From Chrysomallon squamiferum (Eukaryota > Animalia > Mollusca): DNA of 64,000 nt. Shown piece after piece: positions 1-15,385 of the stretch; the stretch's first letter is position 1, and each line of letters begins with the position of its first letter. Made by a program: the position numbers and the translations under genes. The stretch covers positions 6,572,001 through 6,636,000 of the forward strand of contig CM022672.1 in NCBI GenBank assembly GCA_012295275.1, written 5' to 3'. A model generated the notes under the pieces. The model ran no database searches and was not told the origin of the DNA. It was given only the letters and a program-made list of their open reading frames with translations.

Positions 1-386
1 GAAAGGTATTAAATTGTCGAGTCTCTGCATGTTATTTTGAATGATTTCTATAAAAAGAATGAGCAACAGAAATGCTTGTGTATATATTAAAAGATTTTCC
101 CCCTATCTTCAGGGTTCGACAAATACCGTCTTATCGAGGTAAAATTTTATCTTTTATTATTATTATTATTTATTTTATTTGAATATATTGATAATATACT
201 TAATGTGATGAAATCAGAGTTAACTGACGTTGAAATTCTTTAATTAATTAATTAATTATTATTATTATTATTACTGTGTTTTTGTTGTTGTTGTTGTTCT
301 TATTATTGCTGTGAATTTCATTTAATAATATTATTAATTAATTAATGAATTAAATTTATCATTGTTATTTGGTTGTTGTTGTTGTT

Positions 387-449
<63 letters not shown>

Positions 450-579
450 TTAAGATTCCAGAAAGATGGTGGTTATTAATTATTCAATCACTTTAAAAAT
501 ATTAATCTTCCGTGAGTATGTTCACAGCTTTTCATGATTTCCATGTCAATATTTGATTTTTGCTGGTTTCATACCTGTA

Positions 580-612
<33 letters not shown>

Positions 613-922
613 CGTTGTTATGAATTATGTATCTATCTATCTAACTGCCTACTTATATATATTTCCATATATCTATCTGAATCTCTATTTATCTGCCTCT
701 CTATCTATCTGTCTAGCTAAGTAGCCATATATTTCTTTATTTTTTAAATCTTATTGGTTTATTTATTTATTTTAACTTCAGTAATCATACAAATAACTAT
801 TTGTTAGCTTGAATGTTATCAATATTCATACGAATAAATAATCTAAAACATTTTATACATTTTTTATAAAAATTAATTTACATTATTTTGTTTTAGTTAT
901 TTTGGCAGTTTCATTTGTAAAG

Positions 923-956
923 ATGGATGATCCACCGACTGTAAGTAAATAAATAA

Positions 957-999
<43 letters not shown>

Positions 1000-3406
1000 T
1001 GTGTGTCTACAGTGGTACCTCAACTTACGAGAGCTCCAACTTACGAGTTTTCCGAGTTACGAGCAGTCGCCCGGTCGATACTTTGCTTTGAGTTGCGAGA
1101 TAAAATCCGAGTTACGAGCGAGCTTCAGATACGCCGCTGCTAGTTGGCGCAACGAACAACATAACATCCAGCCAGCATCACTCATTTGCTTTGTGGTTTT
1201 GCGAGATGGAAAAATCCGAGTTACATTATTTGACAAAATGGATAACGCAAAGGACAGTGCTCAGAAGTTGGATGATGTTCATTGAATTAAACATAAAATA
1301 CCAGCCAGCATGTAATCAAGTTGGTTTGTACGACGCGTTACTTTCGCCGATATGTAAGCATCTCAGAAGGAGTCGATAAAGACCATAACTCAGCCAAAGG
1401 CGATAAAATTTTGTGCTGCGGATTCTGTCCATGAAAATGGTTCCTAACCAAAAGTTTATTTCTTTACATTCTCTTTAACTTTTGAAGAACAATATTTGGA
1501 TGATGTTTTTTGATTTAAAAACACGTTACAATAAAATTTTTTTTTTTTTTTTTTAGAGGGGAATAGAACGGATTAATGGTATTTCAGTTAACTTAATTTG
1601 GGAAAATTGATTTGATATACGAGCAAATTGTCAGTCAAGGTACCACTCTATATATAAATTTAGAATGAATAGTTATTTTTTTATTTTGTCTGTTAAAATA
1701 TATATATATAAATATACAGAAATATGTATATATTATATATAATATATATAATTTATTATTATTATTATATATATATATATTTATTCAAGGTAAAATAAAA
1801 CACTTTTTTTTTTTTTTTTTTTTTTTTTAAAGGAAAGAAAAAAAAAAGAAAAAAAAAATTTCAAATTTGTAATCAAGACAATAATATATTGGGAAACCAG
1901 ATATTATTTTCCTTTCCGTTCTTTAATTAAAATGGCACCTTCTTAAAATAATTTAAATTTGATATCAATAAAACCGCAAGCAAAACAAAACTAGTATAGT
2001 TTTACGATCACAAGGGAACTTAGAGCGATTAGTAATTAAATTTATGTGTAAACGATATTCCCGAATGTCTTCGTGATGTTTCCGAGTTTATCCGAAATAT
2101 TTCCGTGACATTTCCGAGATATGTCTAATGCATTCGAGGTGTTCCGAAATATTCCGAATGTCGCCGAATATCTAAGAATATAATATTTATTCAAAATTCA
2201 CAAATAATTATGAACCATTCTTTGTCACTGAAACAATATGCTGTTATAGTCTTTGTAATAGTTATAAATATGAAATTTTGAAGTTCACTGAACCGAGCAA
2301 AATATTATTATACTTGCGGTGATTATAAAATTTATTTATCATTTGTAACAAAAAAAATGCAAAATAAATTATTGTGTGTGTGCGTTTGTGTGAGAATGTG
2401 TGTGTAAAACAAAAACAATAGTAACAATAATAATCTTTATAGAAGTAATAAAAAAACAACAACCTATAAATATGATATAATTTAATTCAGAGAGTATAAC
2501 TGATACCTAAATAAAAATAATTATTAGTTCATGTCTATAATAATAAAATTTGTTATTCTATTTTCAGACCACCGGAAAGGCAAATGGGGTAAATGTTTTT
2601 ATTTGACGATTCAAGATAAATATATATATAATGAATGTTTAATTAAACCCTTTAAAGTTAACTGTAAATTTAAATGATACAGGATTATTTGGGTTTATTT
2701 ATTTATTTATTTATTGATGATGATGATGGATAACAAGAATAACAATTTCAGTCTTTATAAAATATCATTAATCTAGCATCTTTTAAATCAGAAACCGCAA
2801 CTAAATATCACTGATTTATATATTGTCCTTAGGTGTTTACTAAGATTATCTATAATAATATAAAACTCTATTACACTTTCAGGATAAGGCGACTCAGGTA
2901 AATGTTTTTACATATTTGATGAATCTAACTGATCAACATATATTTTTATATTGTAAAACAATGAATTAAAGAAAACTTAATTGCAAGAATATATTCAGAT
3001 TTATTTTTCATATCGGAAGCAAAAATAAATAAAACTGGATGATTTCTTTTATTTTTATTATATATATATAACAATTAGGATTATGAGGGAAAAAAGTATG
3101 CTGTTTTTCGTAAAGTGTTGCATGTGCAAGATATTTATGCTAATAATAATTTTTCGTAAATTCAACTGTTACAATATAATTTGTGATTATAATTTTTTTT
3201 GAATAATTTTTTCAGCTTTTTTTGTGGGCGTCTTATTTTTTTTTTTTTTATTATTATAATTTTTTGTTTTTTTGACAAACTTTAGTTTCATCTATAATAA
3301 TCGAATTTGTTATTTTACTTTCAGGACAAAGCGAATGCTGACGCGGTAAATATTTTTTATATTTCATTCAGAATGGTATTCTAGTTTTATATTATTATTA
3401 TTATTA

Positions 3407-3471
<65 letters not shown>

Positions 3472-4119
3472 TTTTTATTATTATTATCATCATCACCATC
3501 ATCATCATTATTAATTTCTCAATATTTATAACATAACTTACATTATCTTAAATAAACATAAAATTTAAAGGAAGTAATAACTTTTAATATTTTTTTGTTA
3601 TTATTATTACTACTATTACTATTATTTATTTATTTATTTATTTATTTAGTTATTTATTTAAACGTATAACCAACGATTTAGAATTTATTTCTGACTGGGT
3701 TATTTTATTTTTATTTTCAGGAACACAACTAATTAGTTATTTAGTTGTTTGGTTTACTTTTATTTATTTATTTATTTATTTATTTGTTTGTTTATTTATT
3801 TTTCTAAGCTTCTCTGTATTTCTAATAAAACGTATTATATCTTAAAATTGGCGTAAACAATAACATTTTTAAAAATTCTGCAAAACATATTTTTAAACCA
3901 CTATATATAAAAAAAATATATGAAGCAAGCTGAAAAATTGTAAAAAAAAAAAAAAAAATCGGCTCAATGAAGAAATATATAAAACGGAAACAATATATTT
4001 ATTTATATAATCAGGGGCAATAACTGATATACATCGCAGAATAATGAATTTAAAATCTAGTGTTTAACTAGCAGATTTGTCTCCCTTCAGGGACTGCCGA
4101 TTTCTTTTTCTTTTAAACT

Positions 4120-4150
<31 letters not shown>

Positions 4151-6554
4151 GTATATTTGTTTGTTTGTTTGACTGTCTGATTATCTTTCTGTTTTTCTTT
4201 ATTTTGATTTAATCATAAGCAGAAAAGGATTAAAATTTATTTTTGAAGTGTTTATTTTCAGGACACCGAAAAACCACTCTTGTAAGTATTTCTACTATAT
4301 TTTATTAAATAAGTAAGTATGTATGTGTCATTCGTTCATGCATACATACATACATACATACATACACACATACCTATACACACACACATACACAAATATC
4401 TATTATATTTATTTGATTTTATTCACAAGGAAAATAACGTTAATTCAAATTTTATAAAATGAGTCTATTTTGTATGTACTAATATACTGAAACAAATGTC
4501 ATTATTTTTTTTTATTATTATAACAGTTCCTGAAGTAAATGAAAACGAAATTTAAAAAAAAAAATAAATAAACTCTTCGTAAAAACACAAAATCGCCTAA
4601 ATTAATACCTGCGGCCCGCCTCAGTATGAGCCAAGTCTCATGTGGCCCGTTTTCGAAAAAAGTTGCCTATGCCTGTTCTAGTACTATATTATTACTACTA
4701 CTACTACCATTACTATTATTATTATTATTATTATTTAGTGAATGTTTTTATTTATTTATTTACTTGTTGTTGTTGTTTTTCTTTAACAAGCTTCAGTGTC
4801 ATCTATAATAATAAAATCTGTTATTTTACTTTCAGAAAAAACCCGATGATAACGAGGTAAATATTTATTATATTTTATTCACAATGGTAGACTGTGAATT
4901 ATGAACGATTTAGAGGATCAGTTTCTAGTTCTGTATTATTAAACTCAATTATTATTCCAACCTCGGTTTCGTTAACATCTGAATTCTGAAGGATGTAGAT
5001 TTATAATTACAAACTGCTACTACTACTACTACTGCTACTACTACTGTTGTTGCTGCTGCTGCTGCTGCTATTACCACTACTACTACGAACAAAAATAGTT
5101 CGTTGTGCTTGTCTTTATAGAAATAGTATTAGTGTCAGTATTAGAAGTAATAGAATGGTAATATAAGTAGTAGTAGTAAAAGTAGTGTATATAGCATTGG
5201 CAGTAAAAGAAAAAAAAAACAATGATGATAATAATAATATCAAAAATAATTAGCAGTAATAGTAGTAATAGCAATGGTAATAATAAATATAACGATATTA
5301 ATAATTCTATAGTAGTAGTAATTTTTGTAATAATAATTATTACTGTAATAGTAGTAGGTGTAGGAGTAGGGGTAAGAATAGTAGTAGTAGTTGTTGTTGT
5401 TTTAGCTAAAGTAGTAATGGTAGTAATAATAATAATCCTCATCGTGATATTGTCTATTTTCAGAAAGGAGATACTACAACAGTGGTAAGTGTAGTTTATA
5501 TATTATTATACATTTTCCCATTTGCTCTCATCAATTAATAATGAAATCAAATTTTCGAATATATATATATATATATATATATACATGCAATATACAAACC
5601 TAAAGCAATATATATATATATACTTTACGTACGTTGCATACATATATTAAGTGATTGTATATTGCATGTTTATATGATGTAAATCTAGTGTGCATACGTA
5701 AATTGGGTAGAATTAACTGGTATGAACATTATATATCTGAAGACACAAAATGTATAAATCTGTAGAGGTTTCTTTCATATATATATATATATATATATAC
5801 GTAATAAAAGAACCCAGTATATGTTTTCGTATTTACGATCCTTAAAATAAATTTACGCAGTATAAGTATACGGAATATAAACCACTGTATGTAGTAGTCT
5901 ATCCCAGCATATTTTCGTTATCTATTTTAAGGACTGTAATTACGAAAACACATGGTGGATTCTTGTATTGCGGAATCATGTACAAGATATTGATGTTAAA
6001 TAAACTTATATTAAGTTTAGTACGTAAACCAGTATTTGTATTACGTAACCTTATAATGGATACTGTATTGGGAACTTATATAAATCCAGTGTTAATATGA
6101 AATATTGTAAACTATTATCTATGAATTCACTGATGATTAAATATTTTCTATTTTCAGGCTATTCAAAAGACAACTAATGTATGTTTTGGTACTACTTCTC
6201 TCATAGAAATATATACACGCATACATACACACATACACATAAATATGTACATACATACAAACATATATACATACATATATACACATAAATACATGCTGTT
6301 TGCATAGTTACATACATACACATTCATACAAACATTGATACACATACAAATATTCACACATACACATATACATACAACTTTGTTTTTGCTATAAATCTAT
6401 CATTTTTATTCCTTTCCTATTTTTTTTTTTTTCTGTTTATGTTATTTATGACGGAACTTTGAATGCTAGTTATAATAAACATAGACTTATTTTTATTTTT
6501 AAAACAGCTATTATGTTAAAACGATGAAATTCGTGATTTCAAAATTATCATCAT

Positions 6555-6593
<39 letters not shown>

Positions 6594-6865
6594 TCGTTAT
6601 TGTTGCTGATATTGATGTTGCAATTATTATTATTATTATTATTATTAATTGTTGTTGTTATTATAATTATTATTATTATTATTTTAATTTATTAATTACT
6701 AATTTTATTTTATATATATTTTAATTATTATTATTGTTGTCAGTTTCACTGAAGTTATTACTGCCGCTGATTTGTTTTTGTTTTTTCATTTAGAAGTCCA
6801 ACAGAATTGTCGTTCATTCGGTGTTTCTCGCTGTGACGAGTTGTCTCCCATCCTTGTATGCCTGA
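923..6865 (+). CDS. Micro-exon gene A (5' part outside window or unresolved); putative GPI-anchored small glycopeptide
   Basis: AG/GT-flanked phase-0 micro-exons: 923-940 MDDPPT, 2568-2588 TTGKANG, 2883-2897 DKATQ, 3325-3345 DKANADA, 4836-4856 KKPDDNE, 5464-5484 KGDTTTV, 6158-6178 AIQKTTN. Off-frame candidates at 113-138 (26 nt) and 4262-4281 (20 nt). Terminal exon 6794-6865 KSNRIVVHSVFLAVTSCLPSLYA* is homologous to the terminal exons of B-E. Confidence 0.75.
1010..1648 (+). mobile_element. Tigger/pogo-like (Tc1/mariner superfamily) non-autonomous DNA transposon
   Basis: TA-flanked termini CAGTGGTACCT...AGGTACCACTC; internal sequence resembles the transposase-bearing copy at 18413. Confidence 0.75.
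4607..4675. mobile_element. Possible hAT/Charlie-like MITE terminus fragment
   Basis: TGCGGCCC...GTGGCCC...AAAAAGTTGCCTATGCCTG followed by TTCTAG, resembling hAT ends recalled from memory; other end not found. Confidence 0.4.
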
Positions 6866-6981
6866 GTTGAGAAACGTCAGAACTGCGATAAGGAAGAGAA
6901 AAGTCACGATAAATGAAGCTGAAGAAAATAGCTGATGTTTATTTTTATTAGTCATTTATGTACGTTTGATAATAAAGACTA

Positions 6982-7021
<40 letters not shown>

Positions 7022-7149
7022 TAAGAAAAGTACCTGGGTTATGAGTTTTATTACCAGCTATATATAGATATATACATATATTCATACGTACATACGTATG
7101 TACGTACATTCGTACATTCATACATACATACATACATACATATATACAA

Positions 7150-7360
7150 GGATTGTCTCGGTACCCAAACGGTAACATCGTCCGCCTTCGTAATGCGGGC
7201 GAATGGGTGTCATACGTTCGAGTCTCGTCAGCGGCATCTGACGGGTTTGTGAGGTCGTGATTGGACTTTGTCCTCCTGCGCCAGTGCAGTTCCCAAATAC
7301 TGTCTATGTGCACCGTCTAATCAGACGTACATAAGTCAGATAATATTCACTCCTAAAATT
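7150..7360 (+). mobile_element. tRNA-derived SINE-like element
   Basis: B-box GTTCGAGTC at 7216-7224 in a GC-richer tRNA-like head; second related copy at ~14578-14750; followed by CA/TA-rich tail. Confidence 0.6.
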
Positions 7361-7387
7361 CATGCATACACATAAACGTGTAGGTAA

Positions 7388-7420
<33 letters not shown>

Positions 7421-7949
7421 CATAAACATATATGCGAGTATATATATATATGTACATAATAATGCATGTATGTTTTATGTAGGTATATGAAACAACGGCA
7501 CGTACAAGAAAACTGATCGTGATTAAATTTGTTACTATTTATTCTTTCGACTTCAGTTTTGACTTGTTCGCTGATTTATCTAACAAGTTCACACAAACAA
7601 CATGTCAAGATAAGGCATGCCTATCATAAGAAGACAACTCTAATTCGTTCTCAAACAAAAACCAGGTTTGGAAGTGTCTTAATAAACAGCGGACACAGTT
7701 GTTGTTGTTGTTGAAAAAAGACACCAAGGAAACTATCAGAGCACGTGATGTCAACAAATACAAACAGTGTCGTTGTTAGGGCGGTCGTTAGGACGTGGTT
7801 GTCTGGGTTGTAATCTAAGAAGGGTAACACACTACGACATTCTGAAGTACAAACAGCTTTACAAATTGAGAAGATTACCGGGGGCAGAGGCTTGAACAAA
7901 TAGGAAGTTGATTTATAGAGCTTCATGTAAATACATGCTTGCATGTGAG

Positions 7950-7990
<41 letters not shown>

Positions 7991-8135
7991 TTGTGTTTGT
8001 GTGTTTGTCTGTTTGTGTGTGGGTGTGTTAAAAATGTGTTTGTGTTATCTGTATCTATCTATCTTTCTATCTATATATATATTAGTAGTATAACCATTTT
8101 TCCAAAGATAATAACTTGTTCTGACTAAACTTTCA

Positions 8136-8229
<94 letters not shown>

Positions 8230-8865
8230 TGATGATGATGATTTTTGTTTTGGTTTTATTATTGCGTATACCATCTCTGGCTCTCGCGATTGAAACGATA
8301 ACTCGCGATTGAAAGTATTCTTGGTTTTAAGCTATTTGTACTCCATGCTGTTTTCAAAAGTATTTGTTACTAAGGCTCCTATCTCTCACTATAACTGAAC
8401 AGTACAGAAGATAACTCCCCATTTAAAAAAAAAAAAAAAAAAAAAACTGTTGTTAAAATTAAATTTAATCCTTTATTTCAAGGTGTCTGCTTTCAAAAGT
8501 AATTTTTTAATATTTACCATAGGTATACGTTAAGATTTTAAAAACTTAATTGCTCCTTTAGAATTATGGGCGAATAACTCATGATTGAGTGGTTGCAAAA
8601 AAAAAAAAAAAAAATAAAAAAAATAACTAATCCATTAGCCACGTCTAGAGTTTATATGTTAGAGTGATGGTGCATGTTAAGATATACTGAGATAAAACCA
8701 ATGCTTAAAGGTTTATTAAGCCTTTGATAAAGATTAAAATATTTGGATTTTATCTATACCCTTACAATAGTAAATATGTGTTTGAATTTGTAAGTGCATA
8801 GTAAATATTTGAAAGACAGATAAAATGAAATTTCAAACTCGTTAAGGATTGGGTGGGATTAAATC

Positions 8866-8953
<88 letters not shown>

Positions 8954-9284
8954 ATAGTATTTTACATTGTTTATATAAATTATATAAATAATTAATAATT
9001 TGATTTAAACTAGATGCTTGTCAATGATAAATAATAATAAAAATAACAATAATAATAATAATAATAACAATAATAACAGCAACAACCCGACAACAATAAT
9101 TATGACAACAGCTGCAACAACAACAATAACAACAACAACAACAATAAAACAATATGTGAAGTTTTTAAAAAACCAATATACTGTCACACTGTTTAACCGA
9201 TTCAACAACGAAGAAGACGATGATAATAATGATGATAATAATGATGATAATATTTATTTATTTATGTATTTATTCATGTATTTA

Positions 9285-9610
9285 CTTCTACTACTACTAA
9301 CATTACAACAACAACTAGTACTACTACCATTACTACTATTACTACTACTACTACTACCACTACACTAACCACTACAACTACTACTGCTCCCTCTTCTACC
9401 ACCACTTCTACCACCACTACTACTACCACTACAATTATTATAATAATAATTATTATTATTACTACTACTACTACTACTATTACTACTACTTTACTACTAG
9501 TACTACTACTACAATTACCACTACTACCATACTACTACTACCACCACTACAACTACTACTACTACTACTACTTCTACCACCACCACTACTACTACTGCAT
9601 TATAATTATA

Positions 9611-9648
<38 letters not shown>

Positions 9649-10178
9649 GCTTATTATTATCTTTATCTTTAAAATATATCTGTGTGTGTGTTTTCTTACA
9701 AATAATTCATTTAAAAATGTAGAATTTATACTGTAACAAATCAGATCACCCATAAACATTTTATTTTATTTCATATCTTTATCGTTAGTAAAGACTGGTT
9801 ACCACTAACAAACAAAATATTTGTTAATAATTTTCTATATATAAACGTTATATTTTTATTTATTTACTTATTTACTTATTTTAATCTGTTAAATCTTTTG
9901 TGCTGGCGATGAATGTCAAGAATAGATTTACTTTGGTGACGTTAGGAATGAGTTTAATGCAAACATCCTCGTCAAATAAGTGATAGATTTCGAAGATAAC
10001 CGAATATGGTGAAATATAAAAAGAAAGAGAGGTTTCGGATGTGTCAGTCTGTAAAACGGCTTCTGCGTTAATTTTGCTGTGATTTTCAGGTAACTGTTGT
10101 TACTACTACTACTACTACTACTCCTACTCCTACTCCTACTACTACTACTACTACTGCTACTACCACTACTACTACTTA

Positions 10179-10228
<50 letters not shown>

Positions 10229-10560
10229 CACTACCACTACTACTACTTCTATTACTACTATACTACTACTACTACTACTACTACCACTACTACTACTTCT
10301 ACTACTACTACTACTACTACTACTGCTGCTACTACTACTGCTACTACTTCTGCCATTACTTTACTACTACTACTACTGTTATTACTATTACTATTACGAC
10401 TACTACTACTATTACTACTACCACTACTACTACAACTTCTATTACTACTTTACTACTACTACTACTGTTATTATTATTACTATTATTATTACTGTTACTA
10501 CTACGACTACTACTACTACTACTGTTATTATTATTGTTATTATTATTGTTGTTGTTGTCG
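9285..10560. repeat. Long compound (TAC/TAT)n trinucleotide microsatellites flanking the gene B promoter and leader exon
   Basis: Directly visible tracts at ~9285-9650 and ~10100-10560; source of the poly-L/Y/T ORFs. Confidence 0.9.
9994..10089 (+). promoter_or_regulatory. Gene B core promoter and non-coding leader exon
   Basis: AGATAA then CArG-like CCGAATATGG (10000-10009); TATAAAA at 10015; Inr TCAGT with A at 10046 (TATA at -31); leader ends CAG|GTAACT at 10089. Same layout in C, D and E. Confidence 0.7.
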
Positions 10561-11014
10561 TCGTCGTCGTCATTAGCGTTATTGAGGATATTTGTTTTTA
10601 TTTATTACTGCCTCTGCTACTACATCTATTACTACTAGAACTACCACTACTACATCGTCTGCTACTATTACGATTACAGCATCTAAAAATACTTTGTAAT
10701 TTTTGGAAACTATTTAACACATGCAATGAAAATAATACTGCAACGTGTATTAGTGTCCACCCTCCAAAATCACATCCACTTGTTTTTGTTCATGCTGATG
10801 ATTATTTATAAATGACTTATAATATTGTATATACTTCTGTGCTGAAGAGTCATTCGGTTTAATGTAAATAAACTACTGCTACTACTAATACATTATCATA
10901 TTTCTTGTTATTGTCGTTATTCTTGTTCTGTTATATATTGTTGTTCGTCTTGTAATCCGTCTTCTTCTTCTTAAAGCGAATTATTTTCATTGCAGGTTTT
11001 GTGTGAAATCATTC

Positions 11015-11225
11015 ATGATGCGTCATTTGATTTTCTTCTCTCTGTTTTTCACTGGTGAGTATAAAACTTACTAATTTTATTAACAGTCAGACTGAAACAG
11101 AATGTGTATTTAGTTTATCGACTTTAGTTTTCAGAGATATTTTTTTCCTTTTTAAGTAGTGTTGTTGTTGTTGCTGCTGCTGTTATTGTTGTTGTTGTAT
11201 TTGTTGTTGTTATTATCGTTATTAT

Positions 11226-11257
<32 letters not shown>

Positions 11258-11310
11258 ACATAAGATGGGAAAGAAACTTAGAGAGTCACAGGTAAGAGTG
11301 AGAGCGAGCG

Positions 11311-11395
<85 letters not shown>

Positions 11396-12916
11396 TGGAA
11401 AGAGAGGAAAACAGACAAAGACGGAGTAAAAAAAATAAAATAATAATAATAATAATAATAATAAAAACTGAAAGATATGAAGGAATGAAAAAAAAAAAAG
11501 GAAGACAGAGAGATACACAGAATAAAATAAAGATAAAGAGATAACATAATGATAAGATAAAGCAAGAGCGGGAAGACCTTGAAGTAAAATAAAAATATTA
11601 TTTAGCTGGCTTGTAACTCTGTCCCCGATAACGGATGTGACTGTTCACATTAATATCTCGATGTCTGTTTTTTCTTTTTTAAAATAAAGTTTACTTTTCG
11701 ATAACAGGTGGATTTGAAATGTTTAGTCGAATATTTTATCGTGCACATTCCCACGTCGTTGTGAACAACGGTAGATGAAATGAAATGATCATCGATTTGA
11801 ATTTGGGTGGGAATACATTGAGAATTTGATTAAGTCAGTAATCTGTTGTTGTTATTAATAATGTTGCTGTTGTTGTTGTTACTGTTATTCTTGTTGTTGT
11901 TATTATTATTATCATTATTGTTGTTGTCTTTATTATGACTGTCACTGTTGTTTTAATTATTATTATTATTATTGTTGTTGTTGTTATTTTGAATTTCTAC
12001 CTATAATAATATTTCAGTAAAAGTAAAAAAATTTTTTATAAATAATAATAATATATATATATATATATATACTTTAATAATGTATTATTAATAAAGATTT
12101 ACCGTCATAAAAAGTAAACATTATGTGAATTTTCAACTAAAAATCACATTTTTGGGGATTCGAGGATTTCTATGAACGAATCATGGAAATATTGACACTT
12201 CTTTTGAAATAAGATCCATACTGACCACACCTATTACCACTGTCTCAGTATTTGCAAAGCCAGGTTTATCTGAAAATCAGTAATCGTGAACAGGTACTGG
12301 GAAACTAAACTATTCTCTTCAATCAGAGTTCAGAAAAGTCCTTCAAAAGTATCTTTAACTTTATAAAGGTGCTTTATTTTTTTTTTTTTTTTTTTTTTTT
12401 CCTCAGATGTTAGATAGTGTATTTATGTAGCCTTTTTCAGTTCAGGTCTGAAATATCGGAAAATCACAATGTTAAGACATTTTTCAATGTTAATTCCAAA
12501 GTCGAATTTGCTATTTAATCCTTGATTCAGTATCCATGGTAACTTAGTACTTAACATTTCACCATAAGTTTATTTTAGAGTATAATTAAAAATATGTATC
12601 ATAAGATACTAATATATATGCATACATACATACATACATACATACATACATACATACATACATACATACATACATACATACATGCATATGTTTACTTTGT
12701 ACCATATTACTAATTAAATATTAATTTTCATATTTCAGTTTTGTTGACTTCAACTCTTGCTGCAGCAGTAAGTAAAATAATTAATAATATTAAATATTGT
12801 CGTGAGAAATTAAAAATAAGTAAATACATACTGACAGACACACACATATATACATATATAGTTGTACCCATATACATCACACATGCAGAGGAATGGAGAG
12901 ACAGGGACATGTAGAG

Positions 12917-13002
<86 letters not shown>

Positions 13003-13431
13003 GTTTAATACAAAATTAGCTGTCAGAAACGTTAAGATTTATATAATATTCATATAGAAATAATATACAACAAAATATTATGTAATGATTTTATTACAAG
13101 ACCATCAAATGCATTAAAGCATAAAATGAGAAATATCTGTGGATATATATGTACAAATGTAAAATGAGAAATATCTGTGGATATATATGTACTAAATGTA
13201 TGTGTGTGTATGTATGTAATGATATGTCTGCATGAATGTTTGACTATCTATCCTTCTGTCTGTTTGTGTGTATGTATATATTTATATCTCTGTCTGTCTA
13301 TCTATCTATCTATCTATCATGTATGATTGTGTGTATGTATGTGTTGATATGTCTCACTGTAGGAATGTATATATGTGAATCTATCTATCCTTCTGTCTGT
13401 CTATCTGTCTATCTATCTATCTATCTATCTG

Positions 13432-13488
<57 letters not shown>

Positions 13489-13619
13489 GTATCATGTATG
13501 TGTTGATATGTCTCACTGTGTATGTATATATGTGAATCTGATATGTCTATCTATCTATGTAGGAATGTCTCACTGTAGGAATGTATATATGTATATATGT
13601 ATCTATCTATCTATCTATC

Positions 13620-13652
<33 letters not shown>

Positions 13653-14532
13653 ATGTATGATTGTGTGTATATATGTGTTGATATCTATGAATCTATCTAT
13701 CTATCTATCATCTATCTATGATTATCTATCATGTGATTGTGTGTATATGTGTTGATATGTCTCACTGTAGGTGTTGATATGTCTCATCTATCTATCTATC
13801 TATGTATGATTGTGTGTATATATGTGAATCTATCTATCCTTCTGTCTGTATGTCTGTTATCTATCTATATATCTATAGGCTTAATCGTGTTGTTTTGAAA
13901 CAAACAAGAAAAATTAACTTTATTTAATTAACTAACAGTTTTTGTCGTATTTAGACTAATAAATATAAATATTTTTTGTTATTACCTTTTTAGAATAATA
14001 ATACAACAGTAAGTATTATTTAAATATTAGTGCACAGATACAAACACAAATGCACACATTCATACTGATATTACATTTTATATATATATATATATATATA
14101 TTATTTATTCTAAATGATCGTTTTTATTATTATTATTATTATTATTATTAAAATTATTATCTTAATTTGTTTCTGTCTACCACTACCAAAACAGTGAGTT
14201 TTAATATTTTAATTATTTCTTTATCAGTCTGTCTGTGTTATTTATCTACAATATTTCTGTAATAATAATTTCTAAATATATATATATATATATATACATA
14301 CATTTTTTTTTTTTTTATCAGACTGTTGAAACAGTAAGTACAACTTTCGTCTGTTTATATATATGACTAAGTAATGTTAACATTATGACATTTTGTTTCT
14401 TACCTTTTTCTTGAAAATTTTCATTAGTAAAATTGTTTAGTGGTAGTGGTGTAATTTAAAACAATGCGTAAGTTCAGACTTTTCTATTTAACAGGTTCTA
14501 ACTAGAATAGAACTAGAATTAAAATCATATTG

Positions 14533-14581
<49 letters not shown>

Positions 14582-14910
14582 TGTCTTGTTTGCGGGCGAA
14601 TGGGTCCATATGTTCGAGTCTCGTCAGCGGCATCTGACGGGTTTGTGAGGTCGTGATTGAACTTTGTCCTCCTGCAGCCGAATATTGTCTACGTGCAGAG
14701 TCTAATCAGACGTACATATTACAGAGAATATTCAAATCCTAAAATACACGCACACTTTTGTATAAATATTATTATCAGACAAATGTACTCCTTTCTGGGT
14801 TTATGTTATTTATGATGTAACTTTGTGAATGCTAGTTCAAAATGCTACCTATAATAAAGATAAGCTGTCGTAAGTAAAGTGTTTTTTTCATGGTATATGT
14901 TCTGTGAATT

Positions 14911-14963
<53 letters not shown>

Positions 14964-15352
14964 TTAGTCTAATTTTTTTTTTTTTTTTTTTTTATCAGAT
15001 TACTACAACAGTAAGTATAACTTTCGTCTGTTTATTTACATGACGTTATAAATATTAACATTATGACATTTTGTCTCTTGCTTTTTCTTAAAGATTTTCA
15101 TTAGCAAAATTGTTTCGTGATGACGTTGTAATTCAAAACCGCCTGTAACTACAAACTTTTATATTTAAGGGTGTTCTAATTTCATAGAACAAGAATTAAA
15201 ATAATATTAAAATAATATTTTTAATTATTATATTATATTATATTATATTATATCTGTCTGCTGTTTCTTAAGTTGGTATATATTTTTTTTTAATTTCAGA
15301 TCCCACAAAACATACAGGTAAGTATAATGTTAATATATTTCAGGAATCATTT

Positions 15353-15385
<33 letters not shown>

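Noticed and set aside
450-480. Possible micro-exon ATTCCAGAAAGATGGTG
   Set aside because: Ambiguous acceptor and only poor donors.
3721-4110. Acceptors at 3720 and 4090 followed by exon-like bases
   Set aside because: In-frame TAA or no donor; at best decayed gene A cassettes.
7165-7235. tRNA gene
   Set aside because: B-box present but no convincing cloverleaf; repeated with a downstream body, so called a SINE.
13230-13870. Jumbled repeat block in a gene B intron
   Set aside because: Compound (CTAT)n/(TATG)n microsatellite, possibly noisy assembly; no functional signal.
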